Assembly (NCBI GenBank): GCA_964640435.1
Contig: CAZXFJ010000001.1
Coordinates: 64,542-128,541, forward strand
DNA from: an uncultured Gammaproteobacteria bacterium
Lineage (GTDB): Bacteria; Patescibacteriota; Microgenomatia; Levybacterales; GWA1-39-11
Direction: 5' to 3'
Length of the DNA stretch: 64,000 nucleotides
Below the pieces are notes generated by a model that saw nothing but the letters and a program-made list of their open reading frames with translations, made no database searches and was not told the DNA's origin. Shown here piece by piece: positions 49,538-59,591 of the stretch. Made by a program: the position numbers and the translations under genes. The number at the start of each line of letters is the position of its first letter. Position 1 is the stretch's first letter.

Positions 49538-50440
49538 ATGAATGTTACAAGTATAATCGGTAAAAAAATTGATCAAACACAAGGCTTTTTAGAAGACGGA
49601 AAACGTGTGCCGCTTTCCGTTATTAACGTGGCTGGAAACGTAGTATCCCAGATCAAAACAGTTGATCATGAGGGATATAATGCAATCCAACTCGGATTTG
49701 ATAATGCAAAGCGCGTTACAAAACCAATCCAAGGACACATTAAGAAAGCGGGTTTGAAAGATACATCACCCCGCTTTTTTCGTGAAAATAGGCTCGTTGA
49801 TGGCCCAGCTGACGTAGAAGTTGGATCACAAATTGTTGTTGCTGAAGTTTTTGAACCAGGAGACATTGTTGATGTTACAGGAACAAGCAAGGGTAAAGGA
49901 TACGCAGGAGTTGTTAAGAAATTTAGATTTGCTGGAGGACCAAAAACTCACGGACAATCAGACCGACATCGTGCGCGTGGATCAAGTGGATCAGGTACAA
50001 CTCCAGGTCGTGTTTACAAGGGTAAAAAAATGTCTGGACGTATGGGTAATGAGCAGGTAACTGTTAAAAACTTAGAAGTTTTGGGAATTGATGGAGACAC
50101 GCTTTTAGTTCGTGGACTTATTCCAGGAATTAAGGGAGCAGTTGTTTTTGTTAAAAAAGTTGGAAAAAACAAAAAATTCGTTCCACTATGGAGCGAGAAA
50201 AAAGAGGAAGTAGTTGAAGAAACTCCAGTTGAGGAAACAGTAGCCCCAGTTGAAGAGGTAAAGACAGCAGAAGAAACAGTTGAAACTCCAGAAGAAACTG
50301 TAGCAACAGCAGAAGAGACTGTTAGTACACCTGAAGAAACCGTTGAAACAGCTGAGGAAACTGTAAAAACTGAAGAAGCACCATCTGAAGAAGCTGTTGA
50401 GGTTAAAGAAGAAGTAAAGGAAGGAGAACAAAATGCCTAA
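49538..50440 (+). CDS. rplC: 50S ribosomal protein L3 with a ~90-aa acidic C-terminal extension (start may be GTG at 49532)
   Basis: L3 core (IIGKKIDQTQ...GTSKGKGYAGVVKK). C-terminal EETVxTxE repeats. Confidence 0.9.
   Translation: MNVTSIIGKKIDQTQGFLEDGKRVPLSVINVAGNVVSQIKTVDHEGYNAIQLGFDNAKRVTKPIQGHIKKAGLKDTSPRFFRENRLVDGPADVEVGSQIVVAEVFEPGDIVDVTGTSKGKGYAGVVKKFRFAGGPKTHGQSDRHRARGSSGSGTTPGRVYKGKKMSGRMGNEQVTVKNLEVLGIDGDTLLVRGLIPGIKGAVVFVKKVGKNKKFVPLWSEKKEEVVEETPVEETVAPVEEVKTAEETVETPEETVATAEETVSTPEETVETAEETVKTEEAPSEEAVEVKEEVKEGEQNA
50226..50380 (+). repeat. 21-nt period in-frame tandem repeat (about 5 copies) encoding (A/P)EETVxT heptads in the rplC 3' extension
   Basis: gaagaaactgt.../gaagagactgt.../gaagaaaccgt.../gaggaaactgt... 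units. Protein: ETVETPEETVATAEETVSTPEETVETAEETVKTEE. Confidence 0.7.
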
Positions 50441-51140
50441 AAAAGTAGAAGAAAAACAAGTTAAAGCAAAAGCAGTAAAAGCAGAGCCAGTTAAAAAAAC
50501 TGTAGTAAAAGAAGCAGGTTTAACTGTTGATGTATTTGGAATGGATGGAGTAAAGAAGGGAACTGTTGTACTTTCAAAAGAAATTTTTGGAGCAAAATTA
50601 AATGAAAAATTAGTTCTTCAAGCTCTTCGTGTTTACATGGTTAACCAAAGACAGGGTACAGCAAATACAAAAACACGTGGTGAAGTTATTGGATCAACAA
50701 GAAAGATCTACAGACAAAAAGGCACAGGTCGTGCACGTCACGGTGCTATAAAGGCTCCTATCTTTGTTGGTGGAGGTATAGCTTTTGGTCCAAGAGCACG
50801 TACTTTTGAACTTAAATTGTCAAAGCAAATGAAGAAAAAGGCACTTTTCTCAGCACTTTCTTCAAAACTTGCTGATAACAAAGTTTTTGTTATTGACGGA
50901 GCTTCAGCAACAGGAAAAACAACAGAGGTAGCAAAAATGCTTAAAAAGCTTAACGTATCAGGTAGATTATTGTTTGTAGCAACAGATTCAGCAGCAAGAG
51001 CAGCAAGGAACATTAAAGGTGTTGTTCTTGAAGCACCACATTCAATAAATACTTATGAGGTTGTTAATAGCAAGTTTTTAGTAGTTGAAAAGAGTGCTAT
51101 TGAAAAAATGGAGAAAAACTTCTTAGGAGGAGATAAATAA
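50433..51140 (+). CDS. rplD: 50S ribosomal protein L4 with a Lys-rich N-terminal extension
   Basis: L4 family core; 8-nt overlap with rplC. Confidence 0.9.
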   Translation: MPKKVEEKQVKAKAVKAEPVKKTVVKEAGLTVDVFGMDGVKKGTVVLSKEIFGAKLNEKLVLQALRVYMVNQRQGTANTKTRGEVIGSTRKIYRQKGTGRARHGAIKAPIFVGGGIAFGPRARTFELKLSKQMKKKALFSALSSKLADNKVFVIDGASATGKTTEVAKMLKKLNVSGRLLFVATDSAARAARNIKGVVLEAPHSINTYEVVNSKFLVVEKSAIEKMEKNFLGGDK

Positions 51141-51141
51141 T

Positions 51142-51468
51142 ATGAGACTAGCATCTGACTTTATCATAAAACCAATTATTTCAGAAAGATCATTTGCTGA
51201 GGCAAAGTCTGATAAATATACGTTTGAAGTTGCTCGTTCAGCTACAAAAACAAATATTAAAAACTCAATTGAAAAACTTTTTGGAGTAAAAGTAATTGGC
51301 GTATACACGACAAATGTTAAAGGAACAAAAAACCGAAGAACAAGATTTGGTATGCAGGCTATTAATGCTTCATACAAAAAAGCACGTGTTCAGCTTGCTA
51401 AAGGTCAAAAAATTGATATTTTTGAAGAGACAACAGATGAGAAAAAGTCTAAGAAAAAGGATAAATAA
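51142..51468 (+). CDS. rplW: 50S ribosomal protein L23
   Basis: L23 family; strong SD (GGAGGAGATAAATAAT). Confidence 0.9.
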   Translation: MRLASDFIIKPIISERSFAEAKSDKYTFEVARSATKTNIKNSIEKLFGVKVIGVYTTNVKGTKNRRTRFGMQAINASYKKARVQLAKGQKIDIFEETTDEKKSKKKDK

Positions 51469-51470
51469 AT

Positions 51471-52217
51471 ATGGCAAAAAAATTAATTAAAATATTAAAG
51501 AAAAATTCAGGAAGAGATTCTCAAGGTCACGTTGCGGTTCGTCATCAAGGTGGTCGCTCAAAGAGATTCCTACGTCTTGTTGATTTTAAGAGAAATAAGT
51601 ACGGAGTTGAGGGTAAAGTTATTGCAATAGAATACGATCCAAATAGAACAGCTGATATTGCTCTTATTCAATATAAAGATGGAGAGAAAAATTATATTTT
51701 AGCTCCACTTGGACTTAAGGCTGGAGATAAAGTTATTTCAAGTGAAGCAGCTGATGTGAGAATTGGAAATGCATTACCACTTGATTTCATTCCTGTTGGA
51801 CAACCAATTCACAATGTTGAGCTTAGCCGTGGACGTGGTGGACAGATAGCACGTTCTGCCGGAGATCAGGCATTTATTATGGCAAAAGAAGCTGGATATG
51901 CGCACGTTAAGATGCCTTCAGGTGAGGTCCGCAAGATTTTTGCACAAAATTTTGCTACAATTGGCCAGCTTGGTAAAGTTGACTGGAAAGATCGAGTCTT
52001 GGGTAAAGCAGGAGCTTCCCGTCACGCAGGAATAAGACCTTCAGTTCGTGGAGTTGCAATGAACCCTTCATCTCATCCTCATGGAGGAGGAGAAGGACGC
52101 TCTGGTATTGGACTTAAATCTCCAAAGACTTACGCAGGTCGTAAAGCTGTTGGAAAGACAAGACAACCTAAAAAGTATTCAAATAAATTTATACTTAAGA
52201 GAAGGGGAGTTAAATAA
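51471..52217 (+). CDS. rplB: 50S ribosomal protein L2
   Basis: L2 motifs ([11 protein letters not shown]...). Confidence 0.95.
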   Translation: MAKKLIKILKKNSGRDSQGHVAVRHQGGRSKRFLRLVDFKRNKYGVEGKVIAIEYDPNRTADIALIQYKDGEKNYILAPLGLKAGDKVISSEAADVRIGNALPLDFIPVGQPIHNVELSRGRGGQIARSAGDQAFIMAKEAGYAHVKMPSGEVRKIFAQNFATIGQLGKVDWKDRVLGKAGASRHAGIRPSVRGVAMNPSSHPHGGGEGRSGIGLKSPKTYAGRKAVGKTRQPKKYSNKFILKRRGVK

Positions 52218-52219
52218 TT

Positions 52220-52504
52220 ATGTCAAGATCAATTAAAAAAGGACCATTTATAGATGAGAAATTAATGAAGAAAGTTCAGGCTCAAAAGGCTGCTGGAAAA
52301 GTAGATCCAATTAAAACTTGGGCAAGAGCTTGTCAGATTCCGCCAGAGTTTGTTGGACACACATTTTTAGTTCACAATGGTAAGAATCACATAACTGTAA
52401 AAGTAGTTGAAAATATGGTTGGACACAGACTTGGAGAGTTTGCGCCAACAAGACTATTTAGAGGTCACGGAAGAATTGTTGCTCGTGAGATTTCAAAGAC
52501 ATAA
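52220..52504 (+). CDS. rpsS: 30S ribosomal protein S19
   Basis: [15 protein letters not shown]... S19 family. Confidence 0.95.
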   Translation: MSRSIKKGPFIDEKLMKKVQAQKAAGKVDPIKTWARACQIPPEFVGHTFLVHNGKNHITVKVVENMVGHRLGEFAPTRLFRGHGRIVAREISKT

Positions 52505-52511
52505 AAATAAT

Positions 52512-52943
52512 ATGGAATATATAGCAATTGCAAAAAATATTAAAATTAGCCCTCGTAAAATGAGGTTAGTTGCTAATGAGGTTAAGAAGCAAAACATTTC
52601 AAATGCCCTTGCGTCTTTAACTGTTATGAATAAGCGTGCAGCAGGACCAATTCAAAAGGCCTTGAATTCTGCAATTGCCAATGCAGCAAACAATTTCAAT
52701 GCACGCAAAGATGCGCTATCAATTCATGACATAATAATAACCGAAGGGCTAGCAGCAAAAAGATTTCATTTTGCAGGACGTGGACGTTCACGCCCATACA
52801 AAAGACGCCAAAGTCACATAAGAGTAGTTTTGACAGATGGAAGCAAAGCAGCACAGGCACCAGTAGTTCAAGGTGAAGTTGTAAACGAAAAAGTAGAAGC
52901 AAAAGAAGTAAAGGCTGAAACAAAGAAAGGAAAGAGCAAATAA
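52512..52943 (+). CDS. rplV: 50S ribosomal protein L22 (internal ATG chosen; the ORF-track start at 52407 overlaps rpsS)
   Basis: MEYIAIAKNIKISPRKMRLV... L22 N-terminus. Confidence 0.9.
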   Translation: MEYIAIAKNIKISPRKMRLVANEVKKQNISNALASLTVMNKRAAGPIQKALNSAIANAANNFNARKDALSIHDIIITEGLAAKRFHFAGRGRSRPYKRRQSHIRVVLTDGSKAAQAPVVQGEVVNEKVEAKEVKAETKKGKSK

Positions 52944-53581
52944 TGGGACAAAAAGTTAATCCAATAGCATTAAGACTTGGAATACACCACGGCTTCAAAA
53001 GCACAGGTTACTATTCTAAGAAAACTTACGCAATAACTGTATTGCAAGATATTAAATTGCGCGAAGAATTACTTAAAAAGCTAAAGCAGGCTGGAGTTGG
53101 AGACGTCATTATTGAGAGATCTCTATCAAGCATTAGGATAACTGTTTATGTTACTCGTCCAGGTATCGTTATTGGACGCGGAGGAACAGGAATTGAAACT
53201 CTTAAAAAGGATGTTGTTCGTATGCTTGGAGTAAAAACAAATGACAAGAATGCTAAAAAGGTTGAGCTTAAGGTTGAACCAATCAAGGAGCCAAATCTAA
53301 ATGCATACCTTGTAGCTGTAAATATTTGTGATCAGCTTCTTCGCCGTATTCCACACAGACGTGCGATGAAGCAGTCAGTTGATAAAGTTATGGCATCAGG
53401 TGGAAAAGGTGTGAGAATTATTCTTTCAGGAAGAATTGGTGGAGCGGAAATTGGAAGAAAAGAGCGTTTACAGGCTGGAAAAGTATCATTATCTACAATT
53501 CGTGAGAATATTGATTACGCTGAGGTACCTGCTCTAACAAAGAGTGGATACGTAGGAGTCAAAGTTTGGATAAATAAATAA
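52943..53581 (+). CDS. rpsC: 30S ribosomal protein S3
   Basis: [13 protein letters not shown]... KH domain; S3 family. Confidence 0.95.
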   Translation: MGQKVNPIALRLGIHHGFKSTGYYSKKTYAITVLQDIKLREELLKKLKQAGVGDVIIERSLSSIRITVYVTRPGIVIGRGGTGIETLKKDVVRMLGVKTNDKNAKKVELKVEPIKEPNLNAYLVAVNICDQLLRRIPHRRAMKQSVDKVMASGGKGVRIILSGRIGGAEIGRKERLQAGKVSLSTIRENIDYAEVPALTKSGYVGVKVWINK

Positions 53582-53585
53582 AAAT

Positions 53586-53999
53586 ATGTTAACACCTAGA
53601 CGTACAAAATATAGAAAACAATTTAAACCAAGGGTCGCTGGAAAAGTAGCTTTGGCTGGTAACAAGGTGTCATTTGGTGAATTTGGGCTACGTGCTGAAG
53701 CATCTGGAAATATTTCAGCAAGACAAATCGAGGCAGCTCGTAAGTCTATTACCCATTTCACAAAGCGTGGAGGACGTATCTGGATTAGAATTTTCCCAGA
53801 TCGACCAATTACAAAGAAACCACCAGAGACACGTATGGGTGGAGGAAAAGGTGACATTTTTCAATATGTTGCACCAGTAAAACTTGGAAGAGTTTTATTT
53901 GAAATGTCTGGAGTACCAGAAAACGTTGCAAGGGAGGCTTTGAGACTTGCATCATATAAGTTGCCTGTAAAAAGTAAATTTGTGACACGAGAAATATAA
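53586..53999 (+). CDS. rplP: 50S ribosomal protein L16
   Basis: [14 protein letters not shown]... L16 family. Confidence 0.95.
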   Translation: MLTPRRTKYRKQFKPRVAGKVALAGNKVSFGEFGLRAEASGNISARQIEAARKSITHFTKRGGRIWIRIFPDRPITKKPPETRMGGGKGDIFQYVAPVKLGRVLFEMSGVPENVAREALRLASYKLPVKSKFVTREI

Positions 54000-54000
54000 T

Positions 54001-54237
54001 ATGAAAAAGAACGATATTGTTGAATTAAGATCAAAAACACGAGATGAGCTTTTAAGAATGCTTACAGATCTTCGTGAGGAAGTGCAAAAGATGGGTATTG
54101 ACAAGGCTCAAGGAAAATTAAAGAATTTAAACGCTGTAAAGCGAAAAAAGAAGGATGTTGCACGTGTATTAACATTTATAAAAATGAAAACAGAAGTTAT
54201 TACAGAAGAAGTAAAGGAGGTAGCTGCTGCAAAATAA
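54001..54237 (+). CDS. rpmC: 50S ribosomal protein L29
   Basis: Position and L29-like helical sequence. Confidence 0.85.
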   Translation: MKKNDIVELRSKTRDELLRMLTDLREEVQKMGIDKAQGKLKNLNAVKRKKKDVARVLTFIKMKTEVITEEVKEVAAAK

Positions 54238-54251
54238 GCAGTCAAACTAAT

Positions 54252-54503
54252 ATGGCTAAAAAAGTTATAACAGGAAAAGTAGTATCAAACAAAATGCAAA
54301 AAACAGTTGTAGTTGAGGTGGAAAGATTTATAAGTCACCCTATCTACAAAAAACGCATTAGAAAAACAAATAAAATTAAAGCTGACACAAACGGAATGGA
54401 AGTTCCAAATGGTGTAATTGTAAAAATTGAACAAACAAAGCCAATCAGCCGAGATAAATATTTTAAAGTTATAGAAATTGTTAAAGAAGGAGTAAATAAA
54501 TAA
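54252..54503 (+). CDS. rpsQ: 30S ribosomal protein S17
   Basis: S17 family ([18 protein letters not shown]). Confidence 0.95.
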   Translation: MAKKVITGKVVSNKMQKTVVVEVERFISHPIYKKRIRKTNKIKADTNGMEVPNGVIVKIEQTKPISRDKYFKVIEIVKEGVNK

Positions 54504-54877
54504 TGGTACAGCACAGAACAATGCTCGTTGTAGCAGACAATTCAGGAGCAAAGATTCTTCAGGTTATCCAAATCTATGGAGGATCAAAGCGACGTAAAGG
54601 TGAACTTGGATCACTTCTTGGTTGTGTTGTTAAAAAAGCTCTACCTAACACTCAATTTAAAAAGGGTGACAAGGTAAAAGCAGTTTTAGTTCGAACACAC
54701 AAAGAGTACAAAAGAGCTGATGGAACATATATCCGCTTCTCTGAGAATGCTGGAGTTATTATTGAAAATGAAAAGAGCAAAAATCCAATAGGAACACGTA
54801 TCTTTGGACCTATTGCAAGAGAAATCAAAGATTTAGGTTATGCAAAGATTGCATCTTTAGCAAACCACGTTGTTTAA
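54503..54877 (+). CDS. rplN: 50S ribosomal protein L14
   Basis: [17 protein letters not shown]... L14. Confidence 0.95.
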   Translation: MVQHRTMLVVADNSGAKILQVIQIYGGSKRRKGELGSLLGCVVKKALPNTQFKKGDKVKAVLVRTHKEYKRADGTYIRFSENAGVIIENEKSKNPIGTRIFGPIAREIKDLGYAKIASLANHVV

Positions 54878-54881
54878 ATAT

Positions 54882-55190
54882 ATGAGAATAAAAACAGGAG
54901 ACACAATTAAAGTATTAATAGGAAAAGATAAGGGTAAGACCGGAAAGGTTGAAAGAGTTGATATGGCAAAGGACATGGTTTTAGTTGAAAACATGAATCA
55001 ATTCAAGAGACACTTAAAGTCTCGTGCTCAGAACCAACCATCTGAGATCGTTACTCTTACAAAGCCTTTGAGAAGTGCAAATGTTGCTTTAGTTTGTCCA
55101 AATTGTAAAAAAGTAACACGTGTTGGTGTAAAGATCGAAAAAGATAAAAAAGTGAGAATGTGTAAGAAGTGTAAAAAGGTAATTAACTAA
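54882..55190 (+). CDS. rplX: 50S ribosomal protein L24 (ATG at 54882; the TTG start at 54870 is less likely)
   Basis: KOW domain ([23 protein letters not shown]). Confidence 0.9.
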   Translation: MRIKTGDTIKVLIGKDKGKTGKVERVDMAKDMVLVENMNQFKRHLKSRAQNQPSEIVTLTKPLRSANVALVCPNCKKVTRVGVKIEKDKKVRMCKKCKKVIN

Positions 55191-55191
55191 T

Positions 55192-55305
55192 ATGAAAGTA
55201 CAAGCTTCAATTAAAAAAAGATGTTTGAAATGTAAAATTATTAAGCGCCGAGGCGTGCTGTTTGTTATTTGTGAAAATCCAAAGCACAAACAACGCCAAG
55301 GATAA
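55192..55305 (+). CDS. rpmJ: 50S ribosomal protein L36 (37 aa), not in the ORF track. Located between rplX and rplE instead of after infA.
   Basis: [37 protein letters not shown], hand-translated from 55192-55305. Canonical L36 Zn-ribbon. Confidence 0.9.
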   Translation: MKVQASIKKRCLKCKIIKRRGVLFVICENPKHKQRQG

Positions 55306-55334
55306 TTGATAAATCGAGGCTAATAAAGTATAAT
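55306..55334 (+). promoter_or_regulatory. Candidate internal promoter TTGATA-17-TATAAT upstream of rplE
   Basis: Hexamers at 55306-55311 and 55329-55334, in the 54-nt gap between rpmJ and rplE. Confidence 0.4.
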
Positions 55335-55359
55335 TTAGCTTCGGATAATTATTAAAAAT

Positions 55360-56100
55360 ATGGGAGACTTTAAAAAACAATTTGAAACAGAGACAGTTAA
55401 GAAGCTACAAGAGGAGCTAGGGATTAAAAATCCTATGGCAGTTCCTCATGTGGTGAAAATTATTGTTAACACATCAATGAAAGACTTTTTAACTGACAAA
55501 AGAAACATTGAAAAAATGCGCGAAGATATGGTTTTGATAACCGGACAAATGCCAAAAACAAATAAGGCAAGGATTTCTGTTGCAACATTTAAGCTTCGTG
55601 AGGGTGATGAGATTGGAATGTCAGCAACACTTCGTGGAAAGCGTATGTATGACTTTTTGGAAAAGCTTGTTAAAATAGTTTTCCCAAGAGTTAAAGACTT
55701 TAATGGAGTAAGTGCAAAGTCTTTTGACGGACGTGGAAACTTGAGTATTGGATTTACAGAAAACACAGTATTTTCCGAAATTGATCCTGGAAAAGTAGAC
55801 AAGATTCGTTCTTTGCAAGTTGTTATCGTTACAAATGCAAAAGAAGATGCAAAAGCAAAAGCACTTTTAACAGCAATCGGACTTCCTTTTAAGAAGGGGA
55901 GGCAAACTAATATGGCTAAGAAATCAAACATAGTTAAAAATTTATATACTAAACCAAAGTTTTCGACTAGAAAGAAAAACATTTGTATGTTGTGTGGAAG
56001 GTCACGTGGTTATATGAGATTATTTGGTCTTTGTAGAATTTGTTTCAGAGAAAGAGCGTTGAAAGGAGAGCTTCCAGGAGTTAAAAAAGCTTCTTGGTAA
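55360..56100 (+). CDS. rplE: 50S ribosomal protein L5 continuing in-frame, without a stop codon, into the type-Z S14 coding sequence (246-aa ORF)
   Basis: L5 sequence runs to ...AIGLPFKK. Then GRQTN is encoded by an SD-like AAGGGGAGG plus spacer. Then the S14 ATG at 55912, all in one frame. Confidence 0.85.
   Translation: MGDFKKQFETETVKKLQEELGIKNPMAVPHVVKIIVNTSMKDFLTDKRNIEKMREDMVLITGQMPKTNKARISVATFKLREGDEIGMSATLRGKRMYDFLEKLVKIVFPRVKDFNGVSAKSFDGRGNLSIGFTENTVFSEIDPGKVDKIRSLQVVIVTNAKEDAKAKALLTAIGLPFKKGRQTNMAKKSNIVKNLYTKPKFSTRKKNICMLCGRSRGYMRLFGLCRICFRERALKGELPGVKKASW
55912..56100 (+). CDS. rpsZ: 30S ribosomal protein S14 type Z (zinc-binding, 62 aa), in-frame with upstream L5
   Basis: [10 protein letters not shown]...[38 protein letters not shown]. 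CxxC...CxxC Zn motif. Own SD GGGGAGG 8 nt upstream. Confidence 0.85.
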   Translation: MAKKSNIVKNLYTKPKFSTRKKNICMLCGRSRGYMRLFGLCRICFRERALKGELPGVKKASW

Positions 56101-56106
56101 TAAATT

Positions 56107-56493
56107 ATGTATACAATTGGTGACTTTTTAATACAAGTAAAAAACGGATACAGAGCTAATAAAAAGGAAATTGTTTATCCTCGCTCAAACGTCGTTGTAT
56201 CTTTGGCAAAAATTCTTGAAAAAGAAGGATTTGTTTCAAAGGTTAGCGAGAAAGAAGCTGATGGTAAAAAAACATTGCAAATAAGCCTTAAATATGAAGG
56301 ACGCGTGCCTGCAATTAGTGATATAAGACTTATTTCAAAACCATCAGTTCACCTTTATGCTGGTAAATTAAAAGTTAAAAAAGCTATGGGAAGACATGGA
56401 GTGGGAATTGTTTCAACAAGCTCTGGAATGATGACATCAGCTGACGCAGGTAAAAAAGGAGTAGGTGGAGAATTAATCTGCCAAATTTATTAA
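56107..56493 (+). CDS. rpsH: 30S ribosomal protein S8
   Basis: S8 family; position after S14. Confidence 0.95.
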   Translation: MYTIGDFLIQVKNGYRANKKEIVYPRSNVVVSLAKILEKEGFVSKVSEKEADGKKTLQISLKYEGRVPAISDIRLISKPSVHLYAGKLKVKKAMGRHGVGIVSTSSGMMTSADAGKKGVGGELICQIY

Positions 56494-56494
56494 T

Positions 56495-57043
56495 ATGAGT
56501 AATATTGCAAAACAACCAGTTAAAGTTGAAGATGGAGTTACGGTTAATTTTTCTGACGGACAAGTAGTAGTTGTTGGTCCAAAAGGAAATCTTAGCTTAA
56601 AAGTTCCAGCTGGAATTAAAGTTACAGTTGAGGATGGAGTTGCTAAAATTGTAAGCGAGTCAGATGCACGAGAGCTTACAAAGTTTGCTGGATTAACACG
56701 TGCTTCAGTTGCAAATATGGTAAAAGGAGTAACGGCTGGTTTTCAGAAGCAACTTGAGCTTACCGGAGTCGGATACAGAGCTCGTGTTGATGGAGTAAAT
56801 CTTGTTTTAAACGTTGGATATGCAACACCTATGACTGTAGTTCCTGTTGAAGGTGTTACAATATCAGTTGCTGAAAATGTAATAACTGTAGCTGGTAGCA
56901 ATAAACAACTTGTAGGAGATGTTGCTGCAAATATTCGTGCAGTAAGACCACCAGATCCATACAAGGGTAAAGGAATAAAATATGTTGGTGAGAAATTAAG
57001 ACGTAAAGTTGGAAAAGCAGCAAAAGCTGTTGGAGGAAAATAA
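56495..57043 (+). CDS. rplF: 50S ribosomal protein L6
   Basis: L6 family two-domain sequence. Confidence 0.95.
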   Translation: MSNIAKQPVKVEDGVTVNFSDGQVVVVGPKGNLSLKVPAGIKVTVEDGVAKIVSESDARELTKFAGLTRASVANMVKGVTAGFQKQLELTGVGYRARVDGVNLVLNVGYATPMTVVPVEGVTISVAENVITVAGSNKQLVGDVAANIRAVRPPDPYKGKGIKYVGEKLRRKVGKAAKAVGGK

Positions 57044-57400
57044 ATGCGCGAAATAAGAGTTAAATTAAAAAGACAAAAACAAAGAATTGATAGAACAAGA
57101 AATAAAATCTTGGTTAACAAAACTTTACCAAGGCTTACAGTTTTCCGTTCTAACAAAAATATGTATGCTCAAATTATTGATGATGCTAAAGGTATGACTT
57201 TAGTAGCCGTTAATGGAGCTGATGTTGCAGATGCAAAAGCAAATAAAACTGCAAAAGCAACAGAGCTCGGTCGAAAGATTGCGGAAAAAGCAGTTGCCGC
57301 AAAGATTAAAAATGTTGTTTTTGATCGTGGATCATACAGATATCACGGACGAGTAAAAGCGCTAGCTGATGCTGCTCGAGAAGGAGGCTTAGTTTTCTAA
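57044..57400 (+). CDS. rplR: 50S ribosomal protein L18
   Basis: L18 family ([19 protein letters not shown]). Confidence 0.9.
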   Translation: MREIRVKLKRQKQRIDRTRNKILVNKTLPRLTVFRSNKNMYAQIIDDAKGMTLVAVNGADVADAKANKTAKATELGRKIAEKAVAAKIKNVVFDRGSYRYHGRVKALADAAREGGLVF

Positions 57401-57401
57401 T

Positions 57402-57860
57402 ATGGATAATAGAAATTATAATCAACAAGCACAGGATCGATCTGAAGAAAAGGTTGTACAGTTAAATCGTGTTTCTAAAAAAACTAAAGGTGGAAACAAA
57501 ATGAGATTTGCAGCGCTTGTTGTTGTGGGAAACAGACAAGGTCGTGTTGGAGTTGGACTTGGTAAATCATCAGACGTTTCAAGTGCAATTATTAAAGGTG
57601 CACAACAAGCAAGAAAACGAATGATTGATGTAAATATTGTTAAAGATACAATTTCACACCCAGTTTTTGTGAAAGTTGGAGCAGCACAAGTTATGCTTAA
57701 GCCAGCTCCTGCAGGAACAGGTATTATTGCAGGTGGAGCAGTACGTGCAGTTGTTGAGGCAGCAGGAATTAAAAATATCTCATCAAAAATTTTGGGAACA
57801 AACAATAAAGCAAGCAATGTTCATGCAACATTTGAAGCATTAACAAGACTTGGTAAATAA
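57402..57860 (+). CDS. rpsE: 30S ribosomal protein S5 (followed directly by rplO; no rpmD/L30)
   Basis: S5 dsRBD and C-domain (VVVGNRQGRVGVGLGKS...). Confidence 0.95.
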   Translation: MDNRNYNQQAQDRSEEKVVQLNRVSKKTKGGNKMRFAALVVVGNRQGRVGVGLGKSSDVSSAIIKGAQQARKRMIDVNIVKDTISHPVFVKVGAAQVMLKPAPAGTGIIAGGAVRAVVEAAGIKNISSKILGTNNKASNVHATFEALTRLGK

Positions 57861-57861
57861 T

Positions 57862-58299
57862 ATGGAATTACATAAATTAACAAAAACAGTTGATAAAGGA
57901 CTTAGAAGACTCGGTCAGGGTCATGGAACTGGTCGTGGAAAAACTTCAGGACGTGGTACAAAAGGTCAAAATGCAAGAAACAAAGTGCCTGTATTTTTTG
58001 AAGGTGGAGCGCTTCCAATGACAAAAAGACTTCCATTTTTAAGAGGTCGTGGAAGAAATAAAGGACTGGGTAAAAACCCAGTTACTGTTTCTGTAGTAGC
58101 ATTAAACGCTTTTCCAGCAAAATCAATTGTTGATGTTGATGCAATAATTTCAAAGGGTATTGCTTCATCTGATGCTAAAAAGTTTGGTGTAAAAATAATT
58201 GGAAGCGAAGAAATAAAAGTTGCTTTGACTGTAAAAGCTGCTGTAAGTGCTGGAGCAAGAAAGCAAATTGAAAAAGCAGGCGGGACTATTGAAAACTAA
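57862..58299 (+). CDS. rplO: 50S ribosomal protein L15 (ATG at 57862)
   Basis: [36 protein letters not shown]... L15. Confidence 0.95.
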   Translation: MELHKLTKTVDKGLRRLGQGHGTGRGKTSGRGTKGQNARNKVPVFFEGGALPMTKRLPFLRGRGRNKGLGKNPVTVSVVALNAFPAKSIVDVDAIISKGIASSDAKKFGVKIIGSEEIKVALTVKAAVSAGARKQIEKAGGTIEN

Positions 58300-58304
58300 A
58301 AATT

Positions 58305-59591
58305 ATGAAGCAAGCGTTATCGCTTTTTAAGGCCACATTTCGCGACTCAGAAACTCGCAAAAAAATATTAATTGTTTTAGGAATTTTTCTTATCTTCAGA
58401 TTTTTTGCACACATCCCAGTATCAGGAGTAGACATTGCTCAGCTTAAAGCTCTTTTTGCCCAAAACCAATTACTCGGACTTCTTGATATTTTCTCAGGAG
58501 GAACATTGTCAAACTTCTCAATTTTGGCTATCGGACTTGGTCCTTATATCTACGCTTCTATCGTTTTGCAGCTTTTAACAATTGTTTATCCAAAGCTTGA
58601 AGAGCTTCAAAAAGAGGGTGAATATGGTCGACAAAAAATTAATCAATATACTAGATTTCTAACTATTCCACTCGCTATCGTTCAGTCATTTGGTATGTAT
58701 GTTTTGCTTCGAAACCAGCAATTAATAGCAAACCTTGATGTATTTGGAGTAATAACATTTATTCTTACGATGACCGCTGGAACTATGTTCTTAATGTGGC
58801 TTGGAGAATTAATATCAGAGCAGAAAATTGGTAACGGTATTTCTCTTCTTATTTTTGCTGGAATAGTTGAGCGTATTCCGATTGTTGCATGGCAAACACT
58901 TACAACAGTTAACTCTCAAGATATATTTAATTTAATTATATTTGCTATTCTTGGTGTAATAGTTATTGCATCAATTGTATTTGTAAATGAGGCTGTAAGA
59001 CGTGTGCCAATTTACTATGCGAAGCGTGTTCGTGGAGGTAAAACTTACGGTGGTCAATCAACTCATTTACCTTTGAAAATCAATCAATCTGGAGTTATTC
59101 CAATAATCTTTGCTGTATCAATAGTTCTACTTCCTTCACTTATTTCAGGTTACTTAGTGGCAAGTCCAAATAAAACATTTGAAGCAGTAGGTACATTTCT
59201 TTCTACGAACTTTAATCCTGATAGTTTGGGTTATAACGCGGTTTACTTTTTGCTTGTCGTTGGATTTACATACTTTTACACGGCTGTTGTATTCAATCCC
59301 CAGAAGGTATCAGAAGAAATTCAAAAATATGGTGGTTTTATTCCTGGAATCCGTCCAGGTAAGGCAACGGCTTCTTACCTTAATTACATAACAACAAGAA
59401 TAACTCTTCCGGGAGCTCTTTTCTTAGGTATTATTGCAATTTTACCTGCAATTGTTAAAGCATTCACTGGGGTAACGACTCTTCTTGTTGGAGGAACTAG
59501 TATTTTGATTGTGGTTTCAGTTGTTATTGAAACTATTAAAATTCTGGAAGTACAGGTTGTTAATCGCAATTACGAAAGGTTTATTGACTAA
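58305..59591 (+). CDS. secY: Preprotein translocase subunit SecY
   Basis: 10-TM SecY family; position in spc operon. Confidence 0.95.
   Translation: MKQALSLFKATFRDSETRKKILIVLGIFLIFRFFAHIPVSGVDIAQLKALFAQNQLLGLLDIFSGGTLSNFSILAIGLGPYIYASIVLQLLTIVYPKLEELQKEGEYGRQKINQYTRFLTIPLAIVQSFGMYVLLRNQQLIANLDVFGVITFILTMTAGTMFLMWLGELISEQKIGNGISLLIFAGIVERIPIVAWQTLTTVNSQDIFNLIIFAILGVIVIASIVFVNEAVRRVPIYYAKRVRGGKTYGGQSTHLPLKINQSGVIPIIFAVSIVLLPSLISGYLVASPNKTFEAVGTFLSTNFNPDSLGYNAVYFLLVVGFTYFYTAVVFNPQKVSEEIQKYGGFIPGIRPGKATASYLNYITTRITLPGALFLGIIAILPAIVKAFTGVTTLLVGGTSILIVVSVVIETIKILEVQVVNRNYERFID

Noticed and set aside
50186-50431. 81-aa Phe/Cys-rich minus-strand ORF
   Set aside because: It is antisense to the rplC repeat tail, and the repetitive sense sequence creates the open frame. 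It is not a gene.
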